From Candidatus Marinacidobacterales bacterium (GTDB lineage Bacteria; Acidobacteriota; Vicinamibacteria; Marinacidobacterales; DATDRI01), in the NCBI GenBank assembly GCA_965226495.1, contig OZ245365.1, positions 1,920,001 through 1,984,000 on the forward strand: a stretch of 64,000 bases of DNA, given 5' to 3'. The position numbers were made by a program, and so were the translations under genes. Under the pieces are notes generated by a model that did no database searches, had not been told where the DNA came from, and worked only from the letters and a program-made list of their open reading frames with translations. Positions 18,456 to 26,855 of this stretch are shown in pieces; positions within the stretch are counted from its first letter, which is position 1, and each line of letters starts with the position of its first letter.

Positions 18456-21400
18456 CGTACGTGCCTCTCTGGTGCAAGACCAATGGCTCCTTCCTCGAGG
18501 GGGCGAGTCACCCGGAGGAGCTTGTCGAAGAGGCACAGCGTCTCGGCTTGCGCTCCCTCGCAGTCACCGATCGCGACGGTGTGTATGGCGTGGTGCGCGC
18601 CCATGTGAAAGCGAAAGAGATAGGTGTGCAGCTTCTCATCGGAGCGCAAGTGACGGTTGAGGACGATTCGGTCATTCTATTACTCGCTCAGAATCGTCGG
18701 GGTTACGCGAGTCTTTGCCGCCTCTTGACCGTTGGGCGACTCCGTTCGCCCAAAGGCGAGTCCTCGGTGAGTTGGGGTGAAGTTTACGAGCATCAGGACG
18801 GACTCCTTGCTCTTTGGGGAGGGGAGAGAAGTCTGTTGGTTGGGGAGCCGGATCCGGGGAGGGTTGCCGAGTCCTTACGGGAGGCTTTTGAGGATCGGCT
18901 CTACGCGATGGTAGTACGACATCGCCGTGACACCGAGGCGCCTCAAGAGGCTCGACTGCGCGAGCGTGCCGTGCGCCACAAGCTTCCTATCGTTGCCGCG
19001 GTGGAGGTGCTCTATCACACGCCCGAAAGACGGGATCTTCAAGATGTCTTGACCTGCATCCGTTACGGGTTGACGGTGCGGACGGCGGGCCGGCAAACCA
19101 AGCCGAACGCCGAGCACGCGTTGAGGACGCCTTTTTCTTTCGATCAGCTCTTCGCCGACGATCCCTCGGCGGTGACGAGGACCGAAGAGATCGCGGCGCG
19201 TTGTGATTTTTCACTGGACCAGCTTCGCTACCGTTACCCTGCCGAACGCTTACCGGATGGCACAACCTCTGCGGAATGGCTTTATCGATTAACTATGGAA
19301 GGTGCACGTCGTCGTTATCAGGGCGACGTGCCTTCCAGCGTGCTGAGGCAAGTCGAAAAAGAGCTTCGCGTTATCGAGGAGCTGGATTACTGCGGATATT
19401 TCCTGACCATGTATGAGATCGTGCAATTTTGCCGCGCAAATGAAATTTTGTGTCAGGGCCGTGGCTCGGCTGCGAACTCGGCGGTTTGCTACTGCTTAGG
19501 CATCACCGCGGTGGACCCGGTACGGATGGGGCTCTTGTTCGAACGCTTCTTGTCGAAAGATCGCAACGAGCCTCCGGACATTGATCTCGACATCATGCAT
19601 CAGAGAAGGGAAGAGGTCATCCAATTCGTTTATAACAAGTATGGTCGGGATAAGGCAGCGATGGTGGCGAATATTATCCGTTATCGGGCCCGCTCGGCGG
19701 TGCGCGACGTTGGGAAAGCTCTGGGACTTCCGGAGACCTCTCTCGACCGGCTGGCCAAGGTTCTCTCTCATTACGACGGGGTTTCCTCACAAGCGCTTCG
19801 TCATGCAGGCCTCGATCCGGAAATCCCGATCAATCAGCACTTGTTGAGACTGACTTACGAGATTCAAGACTTTCCGCGGCATTTGTCGATCCATCCGGGA
19901 GGGTTCCTTCTCGGCCACGAGCCGGTCCATGACATCGTTCCCATTGAGAATGCCACCATGGCCGACCGCACGGTGATCCAGTGGGACAAAGACGATATCG
20001 AGTCGCTGGGGCTCTTCAAAGTGGATCTCCTGGGGCTCGGTGCGCTCACTCAGCTCGACCTTTGCTTTCGCTTGCTGAAGAGACATCGAGGTATCGATCT
20101 CTCCATGGCTACTATCCGCAAGGACGATCCCGAGACTTTCGACATGATTTGTCGCGCCGAGACAGTGGGCGTCTTCCAGATAGAAAGCCGTGCGCAGATG
20201 GCGATGCTGCCCCGCCTCCGGCCGCGTCATTATTACGACCTCGTCGTCGAGGTGAGTATCGTGCGGCCCGGTCCTATCACGGGAGGGATGGTGCATCCTT
20301 ATCTTCGCCGGCGGAACGGAGAAGAGCCGGTGGAATACCCTCATCCGTCTTTGAAACCGGTGCTCGAGAAGACGCTGGGGGTGCCTCTCTTCCAGGAGCA
20401 AGTGATGCGCCTGGCGGTAGTGGCGGCTGACTACACTCCCGGTGAAGCCGATCAACTGCGACGCGACATGGCGGCGTGGCGACGCACCGGACGCATCGAG
20501 AAGCACCGCGAGCGACTGATTTCACGAATGCAGGCGAAGGGGATCAAGCCGGAGTTTGCAGAGAGGGTCTTCGAGCAGATCCGGGGTTTCGGCGAATACG
20601 GTTTTCCCGAGAGTCATGCAGCGAGCTTCGCCTTGGTCGCCTATGCCGCGGCCTATCTTTTGAGACATCATCCGGCCGAGTTCACCTGCGCTCTCCTGAA
20701 CGCTCAGCCGATGGGTTTTTATTCGCCGGCAACCATCATCGACGACGCCAAGCGGCGTGGCGTCGAGGTCCGCCCGGTGGATGTTCGTCTGAGCGACTGG
20801 GATTGCACGTTGGAGAAAATTGACCCCCTCACCCCGACCCTCTCCCCACAGGGGAGAGGGAGAAATTCGATTCCGTATGCGGTACGAATGGGACTCCGCT
20901 ACGTCAAGAGTCTCGGCGAGAGAGATTGGAAGCGTGTCGACGCCGCTCGTCGCAAACGGATTTTTGTTTCTATCGAAGACTTCGTTCGCCGGACTCGATT
21001 GAACGAGGGGGCTCTCCAAGTTTTATCCGAAGCCGGTGCCTTCGAGGGGTTCGGCAAGGTGAGAAGAGCCGCCCTCTGGGACGTACGCGGTCTGGCTCGC
21101 GAGCCTTCACCGACTCTGCCTCTCGAAAGCACAGAGGAAACTCCGGAGTTTCCGAAGCTCGACGATTTCGAGACCATCGCATGGGATTACCACGCGTCTT
21201 CACATAGCACCCGGGGGCATCCTCTGGGGCCCTTGCGAGAAGCCCTCCGTGCGCAAGGCCTACCGGATGCGGAGACGGTCTCGAAGATGAAGCACGGAAG
21301 AAAGATTCGTTACGCAGGATTGGTGATCTGCCGACAGCGCCCGGGGACTGCCTCCGGCGTCACCTTCATGACCCTAGAAGACGAGACCGGCTTCGTGAAT

Positions 21401-21580
21401 CTCGTAATTTGGACGAGAGTCTTCGAACGTTATGCGGTGCTGGTCAAGACAGCATCCTTTCTTGGCGTCACCGGCAAGCTCGAGGCCCGCGACAATGTCG
21501 TGCATCTCATCGCCGACGAGCTATGGGTGCCCAGTCTCAAAGTGCAACCAGAGCACGGGCGAAGCCGGGATTTTCACTAA
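18452..21580 (+). CDS. dnaE2: Error-prone DNA polymerase DnaE2 (ImuC)
   Basis: PHP domain, [27 protein letters not shown] fold [13 protein letters not shown]-terminal SRDFH; GTG start overlaps the imuB stop. Confidence 0.96.
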   Translation: MTYVPLWCKTNGSFLEGASHPEELVEEAQRLGLRSLAVTDRDGVYGVVRAHVKAKEIGVQLLIGAQVTVEDDSVILLLAQNRRGYASLCRLLTVGRLRSPKGESSVSWGEVYEHQDGLLALWGGERSLLVGEPDPGRVAESLREAFEDRLYAMVVRHRRDTEAPQEARLRERAVRHKLPIVAAVEVLYHTPERRDLQDVLTCIRYGLTVRTAGRQTKPNAEHALRTPFSFDQLFADDPSAVTRTEEIAARCDFSLDQLRYRYPAERLPDGTTSAEWLYRLTMEGARRRYQGDVPSSVLRQVEKELRVIEELDYCGYFLTMYEIVQFCRANEILCQGRGSAANSAVCYCLGITAVDPVRMGLLFERFLSKDRNEPPDIDLDIMHQRREEVIQFVYNKYGRDKAAMVANIIRYRARSAVRDVGKALGLPETSLDRLAKVLSHYDGVSSQALRHAGLDPEIPINQHLLRLTYEIQDFPRHLSIHPGGFLLGHEPVHDIVPIENATMADRTVIQWDKDDIESLGLFKVDLLGLGALTQLDLCFRLLKRHRGIDLSMATIRKDDPETFDMICRAETVGVFQIESRAQMAMLPRLRPRHYYDLVVEVSIVRPGPITGGMVHPYLRRRNGEEPVEYPHPSLKPVLEKTLGVPLFQEQVMRLAVVAADYTPGEADQLRRDMAAWRRTGRIEKHRERLISRMQAKGIKPEFAERVFEQIRGFGEYGFPESHAASFALVAYAAAYLLRHHPAEFTCALLNAQPMGFYSPATIIDDAKRRGVEVRPVDVRLSDWDCTLEKIDPLTPTLSPQGRGRNSIPYAVRMGLRYVKSLGERDWKRVDAARRKRIFVSIEDFVRRTRLNEGALQVLSEAGAFEGFGKVRRAALWDVRGLAREPSPTLPLESTEETPEFPKLDDFETIAWDYHASSHSTRGHPLGPLREALRAQGLPDAETVSKMKHGRKIRYAGLVICRQRPGTASGVTFMTLEDETGFVNLVIWTRVFERYAVLVKTASFLGVTGKLEARDNVVHLIADELWVPSLKVQPEHGRSRDFH
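20826..20860 (+). repeat. CCCTCACCCC..CCCTCTCCC-type palindromic element inside dnaE2, in frame
   Basis: Perfect 10-bp stem CCCTCTCCCC-ACA-GGGGAGAGGG; related intergenic copy at 62451-62483. Confidence 0.8.
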
Positions 21581-21717
21581 ATACTAAATAAGGACTCGTA
21601 CGACATCGGCGCTGCCACTCATCAGCCTATTGGGACCGTTGTGGACTCGCAGTATCCGGTTGAATTCTCGAGCCGCCTCGGTTAAACCTTCTGCCTATGC
21701 GCGAGGTGCAGGCAGGC

Positions 21718-21969
21718 ATGAAAGGGATCGTAGGCGCCTGCGTCGCGAGCATTCTGTTGACAGCGACGCTCGCAGCCCAGGAACTGTCCTCCCAATCGCG
21801 CCCCGCGGCGACGCAGCGAGGCGCGCCGCTGTATCGCAATCATTGCGCGCGCTGCCATGGGCTCCAAGGATTGGGTGGTACCGGACCGAGCCTGACTCGG
21901 CCGGTTCTGCGCCACGCCCGAAGCGATAAGGTGGAGCCCCAGCACGGCAGGAGCCGTGACTTTCACTAG
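21718..21969 (+). pseudogene. Truncated c-type cytochrome fused in frame to a dnaE2 tail copy
   Basis: Signal peptide, LYRNHCARCHG (CxxCH), GGTGPSL, then an abrupt switch to [13 protein letters not shown]. Confidence 0.8.
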
Positions 21970-22291
21970 CCGTCGGTCACGGAAATGCGACGCTCCTGCT
22001 CATCACGGGGAGCCCGAAAGCACCTCCCGCAAGAACTCTTTGACACCCTTCCCGCCCGTGAGACGAAGAAGAATAGGGCCATCACTCGAAACATCCAGCT
22101 CGAACTTTAGGAACGGACAGCATTGACGTTCGAGGCCGAGATGAACTGGAGCCCCAGCACGGCAGGAGCCGACTTTCCTAGCCGTCGGTCACGGAAATGC
22201 GACGCTCCTGCTCATCACGGGGAGCCCGAAAGCACCTCCCGCAAGAACTCTTTGACACCCTTCCCGCCCGTGAGACGAAGAAGAATAGGGC
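21932..22291. repeat. Direct repeat of 148/145 bp (21932-22079 and 22147-22291)
   Basis: Near-identical sequence; the second copy lacks 3 bp within the dnaE2-tail part. Confidence 0.92.
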
Positions 22292-22681
22292 GGGTAAAGC
22301 GAATTCATAACCCGCAGGAAGCTCGCGAATCTCCTCGACTGCGGATCGCAGCTGTCCCATCAATGCTTGGTGACGCTCTTGCTGCTCGGCGTTTAACGCC
22401 TGCCGTTCGCAGGCGAAAGAGGGTTCGGCCTCGATGGCTACTTCCCCTTCATCTTGTTCTGGCGGCTCAGAGTCGGTCCGGGGATGTGCCAGCGCTCGCA
22501 CGAGGGCGAGAGCTCGCGATTGCGTGTCCTCGTCGCTTAGGAGGGCCTGACAATAGGTGCACGTGCACTCATCGAGCCGACTTTGGATTCCCGCATCCAC
22601 CCGTTCCGCAGCCCAACTGAACATACCCAAGCTCAACACTCCGAAGGCGACCAGCGCCAACCACTTCAAGCTTTGCGTCAT
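22003..22681 (-). pseudogene. MerR-associated Cys-rich exported protein, scrambled by the duplication
   Basis: N-part CTCTYC, FACERQAL..ERHQAL..IRELPAGYEF; the true C-terminus LERQCCPFLKFELDVSSDGPILLRLTGGKGVKEFLREVLSGSP* lies at ~22135-22003. Confidence 0.7.
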
Positions 22682-22722
22682 TTCTCTCCTCCAATCTTGT
22701 CAGGAGAGGGCCGCCGTCGTTG

Positions 22723-23112
22723 CTAGATATCGAGCGCCACCAGGGCTGAGCACGGTGCCTGATCGTCTCTGCAGCGGCAGTTCTGGAGAAGCGCATTGAG
22801 CTCCTCGCGCATTGACTTCAGTAGTCCCACCTTCTCGTCGATACTTCGAATCTTCGCTTCCGCAATCGCTCGCACCTCGGCACCGCTGTGACGTTGCTCC
22901 TCCCGCAGCCGGATTAACTCCTTGATCTCCTTGAGGGTGAAACCGACTTCCTGGCTGCTTTTGATGAAACGCACCCGTCTCAACGCATCTTCCGGATAAT
23001 CTCGGTACCGCGACGCAAGTCGATTCGGCTTCCTCAGGAGCTCACGGCGCTCGTAAAACCTTATGGTCTGGACGTTGACGTTGGCCCTCGCCGCCATCTC
23101 ACCGATTCGCAT
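22723..23112 (-). CDS. MerR-family heavy-metal-responsive regulator
   Basis: MRIGEMA..NVNVQTIRFYER HTH, GFTLKEIKEL, C-terminal CRC....PC. Confidence 0.92.
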   Translation of the reverse strand: MRIGEMAARANVNVQTIRFYERRELLRKPNRLASRYRDYPEDALRRVRFIKSSQEVGFTLKEIKELIRLREEQRHSGAEVRAIAEAKIRSIDEKVGLLKSMREELNALLQNCRCRDDQAPCSALVALDI

Positions 23113-23128
23113 TTTTTCTCTCCCCCTT

Positions 23129-23160
23129 AATATGCATCCTATACCTAGGTATAGAGTCAA
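23129..23160 (-). promoter_or_regulatory. MerR-type promoter/operator
   Basis: Minus strand TTGACT, 20-bp spacer, CATATT; the spacer holds the perfect 16-bp palindrome CTATACCTAGGTATAG (23139-23154). Confidence 0.85.
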
Positions 23161-23185
23161 GGACAAATTGAAGTTTTTTGGTGAT

Positions 23186-23266
23186 GTGCACTTGATCGCC
23201 GACGAGCTATGGACGCCCCCCCTCAAGGTGCAGCTTCAGCGCGGCAGGAGCCGGGACTTTCGCTAA
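23186..23266 (+). repeat. Orphan copy of the last 27 codons of dnaE2
   Basis: [26 protein letters not shown] versus [26 protein letters not shown]; 62/81 nt identical by hand count. Confidence 0.92.
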
Positions 23267-23285
23267 ACGATGCCGAGAGAGTGCG

Positions 23286-25434
23286 CTACTGAATGTAGCC
23301 CAGCGCGCGCAGCTGCTCCATCGTCTTAGCGTCGAGCTCGGGAGTGGTAGTTTCTGCTTCCACTTTGGGGCGGGACAGATATTTCTGGGCAATGTCCTTC
23401 AGTCGCTCGAACTCGGACAGTCGATTCGGCGATTGCTCTTGGCTCCACTCGCGGCGTCGGCGGTAGACTTGGGAACCATCGTCTCTGTCCGAGCCCAGGT
23501 CGAGAAAGGAATAGGTTCCATCCTCTCGAGTGTAGAGCTTTTTGTCGCCGCGCCACGCGGCGGTCGTGCGTTCGAGTTGATACGCGTCGCTCGAATGGCT
23601 GAAAGCCACGTCGGGGCCGCGGCGGGCGCCGGTCACCAAACCGAGCAAAGAGCGGCCGTCCATCGTGGGGGCCTGGATGTGGTTCAGTTCAAGAAGGGTC
23701 GGCAAGACGTCGACGAGTTGGACGTTTGTGGTGACGCGTCTCCCTTCGGGAAAGTGTGTCCGCCCAAAAAAGATGAGAGGGACTCGTGTCTCCGATTGCT
23801 CCAGCGTCGCACCGTGAGGCACCGTGAGGCCCTGCCGGAAGTTCTCGCCGTGATCGGAAGTGAATGCGATGAGCGCACGGTCCAGTACACCGCTGGCGCT
23901 TAGCTCGTTCATCAGAGCACCGAAGGCCTCGTCCACGTACCGGATCTCTCCGTCGTAGGCAGCAATCTCTTCGGTCGTTTGTTCGTCGTCGAACGCCGTC
24001 GCCCAGCCGTCGGGGTCTCCATAAGGAAAGGTGCGGGTCGATGAGGTGGGCGTAGAGTAGCAATGGTTCATCACGGTGGCGCTCGATAGCCGATTTCAAG
24101 CCGGCCTGCACGGCTCGGGCATCGCTCTGTGAAGAGCTGTCCAGGCTCCGATCTACGACTCGATCGAAACCGCTATGCAGGTTCGAGCTCCAACCGGCGT
24201 GCGCATTCGCGATGACACTCACCGTGACGAAGCCCGCGTCCCGGAAGAGCCGTCCCAGGCTCGGGATGCTCGTCGACAGCGCCTGGCCGTGCTCCCCGGC
24301 ACGGTGAGCATCGGGTGCCAGGCCCGTGAACAAAGAAGTGACGGACGGTTTGGTCCAAGTGGCCTGAGAGTAGCAGTTCTCGAAGAGGGTAGCGCTTCGT
24401 GCGAATGCCTCGAGGTTGGGGCTGGTTGGTCTGGAATACCCATATGCTGAAAGATGATCGGCCCTCAGTGTGTCCACGAGGTAGACGATGACGAGAGGAG
24501 CTTCCGGTGAGTGTTCGGCCACCAGAGGTGAGCCAAGGTAGTAGACCCCATCGGCTTCGTCGGTCCTCATGGTGAAGCGGAGATCGACGGAGCGGCCTCC
24601 AAAACGAGTCAGCTCGACGGTGTGATCCGCCCATGCTTCGGTGTCGATGGCCCCTCGCAACAAGGACTCCCATGTGCCGTTGGCCCGGATGTCCACATCG
24701 AGGTTCGCCGGGGCGCCCCCCGCGCGGCGGGAGGTCGAGAAATGAAGTCGGCTCCGCGCCGCGAGCTCCAAGCCAAACACGAGCTCCGTGTCTCCACCGC
24801 CAAAAACGAAGCTCGGCTGAAGTGTGTCTCCGACGACCGCATCCTCGCGTACGGGCCCAACCCGACTGTAATCGGGCTCGTACAGAAGCTCGATCTCGTG
24901 AAGCTCAAAGCCACCGGAGACGTCCATCGGTGCGAACACGAGGTGGGCAGCCGTCCGTTCGCCGCCAGATACGTTCAAAGTTCTGACGTCGATGAGGTAA
25001 ACATGCGCCTTTCCGTCCGTGAAAAGGCCGATTTTACGTTGAGGTTCCGTAGAATAGATGGAAAGAAGTTCCTCCGCCCTTTCGGCCGATCCCACGACGT
25101 TTAGCAGCAGATTCGCCGGCTCTTGTTTTGCCGGCGAGGCCGCGAGTTTCACCCTGATGTGGGCCACCGAGCTCAAGTCATAGCTTTTCTGGTTCCATAA
25201 CTTGGAGCCGCCGTGGAGAGTTCCGGTGATTGGGGTGCTACTCGTGAGGACGACCCGTGCCGACGTTCGGAGCTCGCTGCTTGCAAGGTAGGACTCGCTC
25301 CGCGTTGCGAGCTTGCGCTCGGGCAGTTTCGAATCGGCGAGATCGGTGAGGCGCGTTACCCTCGGTTTGGGGAGCTCGGGGGAACCGCAGGCGGAAAGCG
25401 ACACGATCAGCAGGATGACTACCCATCGGATCAC
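23286..25434 (-). pseudogene. Sulfatase-like lipoprotein with a +1 frameshift near 24030
   Basis: LSAC lipobox, DTLRADH, WTKPSVTSLFTG, DPH then FPYG in another frame, YDGEIRYVD, SDHGE, EQLRALGYIQ. Confidence 0.82.
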
Positions 25435-25638
25435 GCGCCGGATTATACCGCAGTTCAAATTTGGTATAGCATAGGCTGCCGCAGGACCCATGTGTGCCTG
25501 TGACCCGAATTTACAGTCCATCCAGAACGAAACTGATGGTGGATTAGCCCACATGGGAGTGGAGTTCGGCGAGCCGGGAGCGCTGCCTTAACGGCGCGAA
25601 TCCTGAAACAAGCATCGAGACAAAAGGAGGAAAGGACA

Positions 25639-25965
25639 GTGGCAAACTACCTACTCATCCAGTCTCGTGACCCGTTCGAGTACAACGAGGTGACTCGTGA
25701 CTTTGAACTGGCCGCGAGTCTGGCCAAAGATGGCAACACGGTCACTTTATTCTTGGTTCAAAACGGGGTCCTGCCCGCCCGCAAAAACGCGAAGGGGAGC
25801 GGCCTCGAGGATGTGGTGACGAGTGGCGTCGAAGTTTTGAGCGATGAGTTCTCGCTTCGCGAGCGAGGCATTCATCACGACGATCTGGCTGCCGGAGTCA
25901 AGGCTGCCTCGTTGGATAGCGTCGTTGACCAACTGGCAGAAGGCCGCAAGGCCATCTGGTTCTGA
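25639..25965 (+). CDS. DsrH/TusB-like DsrE-fold protein
   Basis: VTLFLVQNGV, DEFSLRERGI, C-terminal IWF; strong RBS. Confidence 0.75.
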   Translation: MANYLLIQSRDPFEYNEVTRDFELAASLAKDGNTVTLFLVQNGVLPARKNAKGSGLEDVVTSGVEVLSDEFSLRERGIHHDDLAAGVKAASLDSVVDQLAEGRKAIWF

Positions 25966-25976
25966 GGAGATAAAAC

Positions 25977-26390
25977 ATGGCTGACAGGAAAACCTTGACC
26001 TTCTCGATCATGGATGGCCCCTTTGAACAGGCGCGTACGGTAACGGTTTTTCGCCTCCTCGATATCGCTGCTCGCCGTGGCTACAACGTGCACGTCTTTG
26101 CCTACGAGGGAGCGGTGAGCCTCCCGTTTGCCAAGCAGTCAAAGCATGCGAACACAGTGCACGGTTGCGATGTCGAAGAAGAGGACCATCCTCTTTCCAA
26201 GGACTGGATCGCCGCTCTCATGAAGACCGCCCAGGAGAACGGCGGCAAGATCGACTGGATCAACTGCGGCCTCTGTGTCGACGAGCGCGGAGTCAACGAG
26301 GCCATCGAAGGCGTTCGGCGAGGCACTCCCGGTGATTTGTGGAGCTCTGCCAATGCATCCGACAACACTCTCGTCATCGGTACCCGCTAA
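25977..26390 (+). CDS. DsrE/TusD-like protein
   Basis: DGPF, VFAYEGAV, CGLCVDERG (DsrE-type Cys motif). Confidence 0.78.
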   Translation: MADRKTLTFSIMDGPFEQARTVTVFRLLDIAARRGYNVHVFAYEGAVSLPFAKQSKHANTVHGCDVEEEDHPLSKDWIAALMKTAQENGGKIDWINCGLCVDERGVNEAIEGVRRGTPGDLWSSANASDNTLVIGTR

Positions 26391-26404
26391 AAAGGAGCAA
26401 ATCC

Positions 26405-26785
26405 ATGAAAGCACTGCAAGTGATTGAATCGGCCTATCGCTGTACCGTTGAAGAGCAGGACGACCCGATCGTTTGGATCACCCATGCCATGAAGGGTGCG
26501 GGCGCCGACCTAGGCGTGCTCCTTCGCGGCAACGCCGTCAACTACGCGGTCGCGGGGCAAGATGCCTCGGGGCTCGTTTTTGGCGGGCTCGCGCAGCAAC
26601 ATCCGCCACAGATCGACCGAGACGTTAAATCGTTGACCGAGAAAGGAATCTCTGTTTACGTGGTGAAAGAAGACGCCGCTGAGCGAGGCATCGGAGAAGC
26701 GGACTTCATCGCTGGTGTGGAACACGTGTCGCGTACGAAATTAGCCAAGCTCTTTGGAGACTACGACCAAGTTTGGCACTGGTAG
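26405..26785 (+). CDS. DsrF/TusC-like DsrE-fold protein
   Basis: LLRGNAV, VYVVKEDAAERGI, YDQVWHW. Confidence 0.75.
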   Translation: MKALQVIESAYRCTVEEQDDPIVWITHAMKGAGADLGVLLRGNAVNYAVAGQDASGLVFGGLAQQHPPQIDRDVKSLTEKGISVYVVKEDAAERGIGEADFIAGVEHVSRTKLAKLFGDYDQVWHW

Positions 26786-26855
26786 AAGTTAGCGCCGGCC
26801 GATTTCGGCTCACCCTGACTCTAACCCGCATACTTCGCTACCGACGTGAGTGTGG

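Noticed and set aside
21500-23266. CRISPR array or integron cassette array made from the repeated tails
   Set aside because: Repeats are diverged coding sequence of unequal length with 0.2-1 kb spacing; no cas genes, integron integrase or attC-like hairpins seen.
21500-23266. Diversity-generating retroelement TR/VR pair
   Set aside because: Differences are not restricted to adenines and there is no reverse transcriptase in the window.
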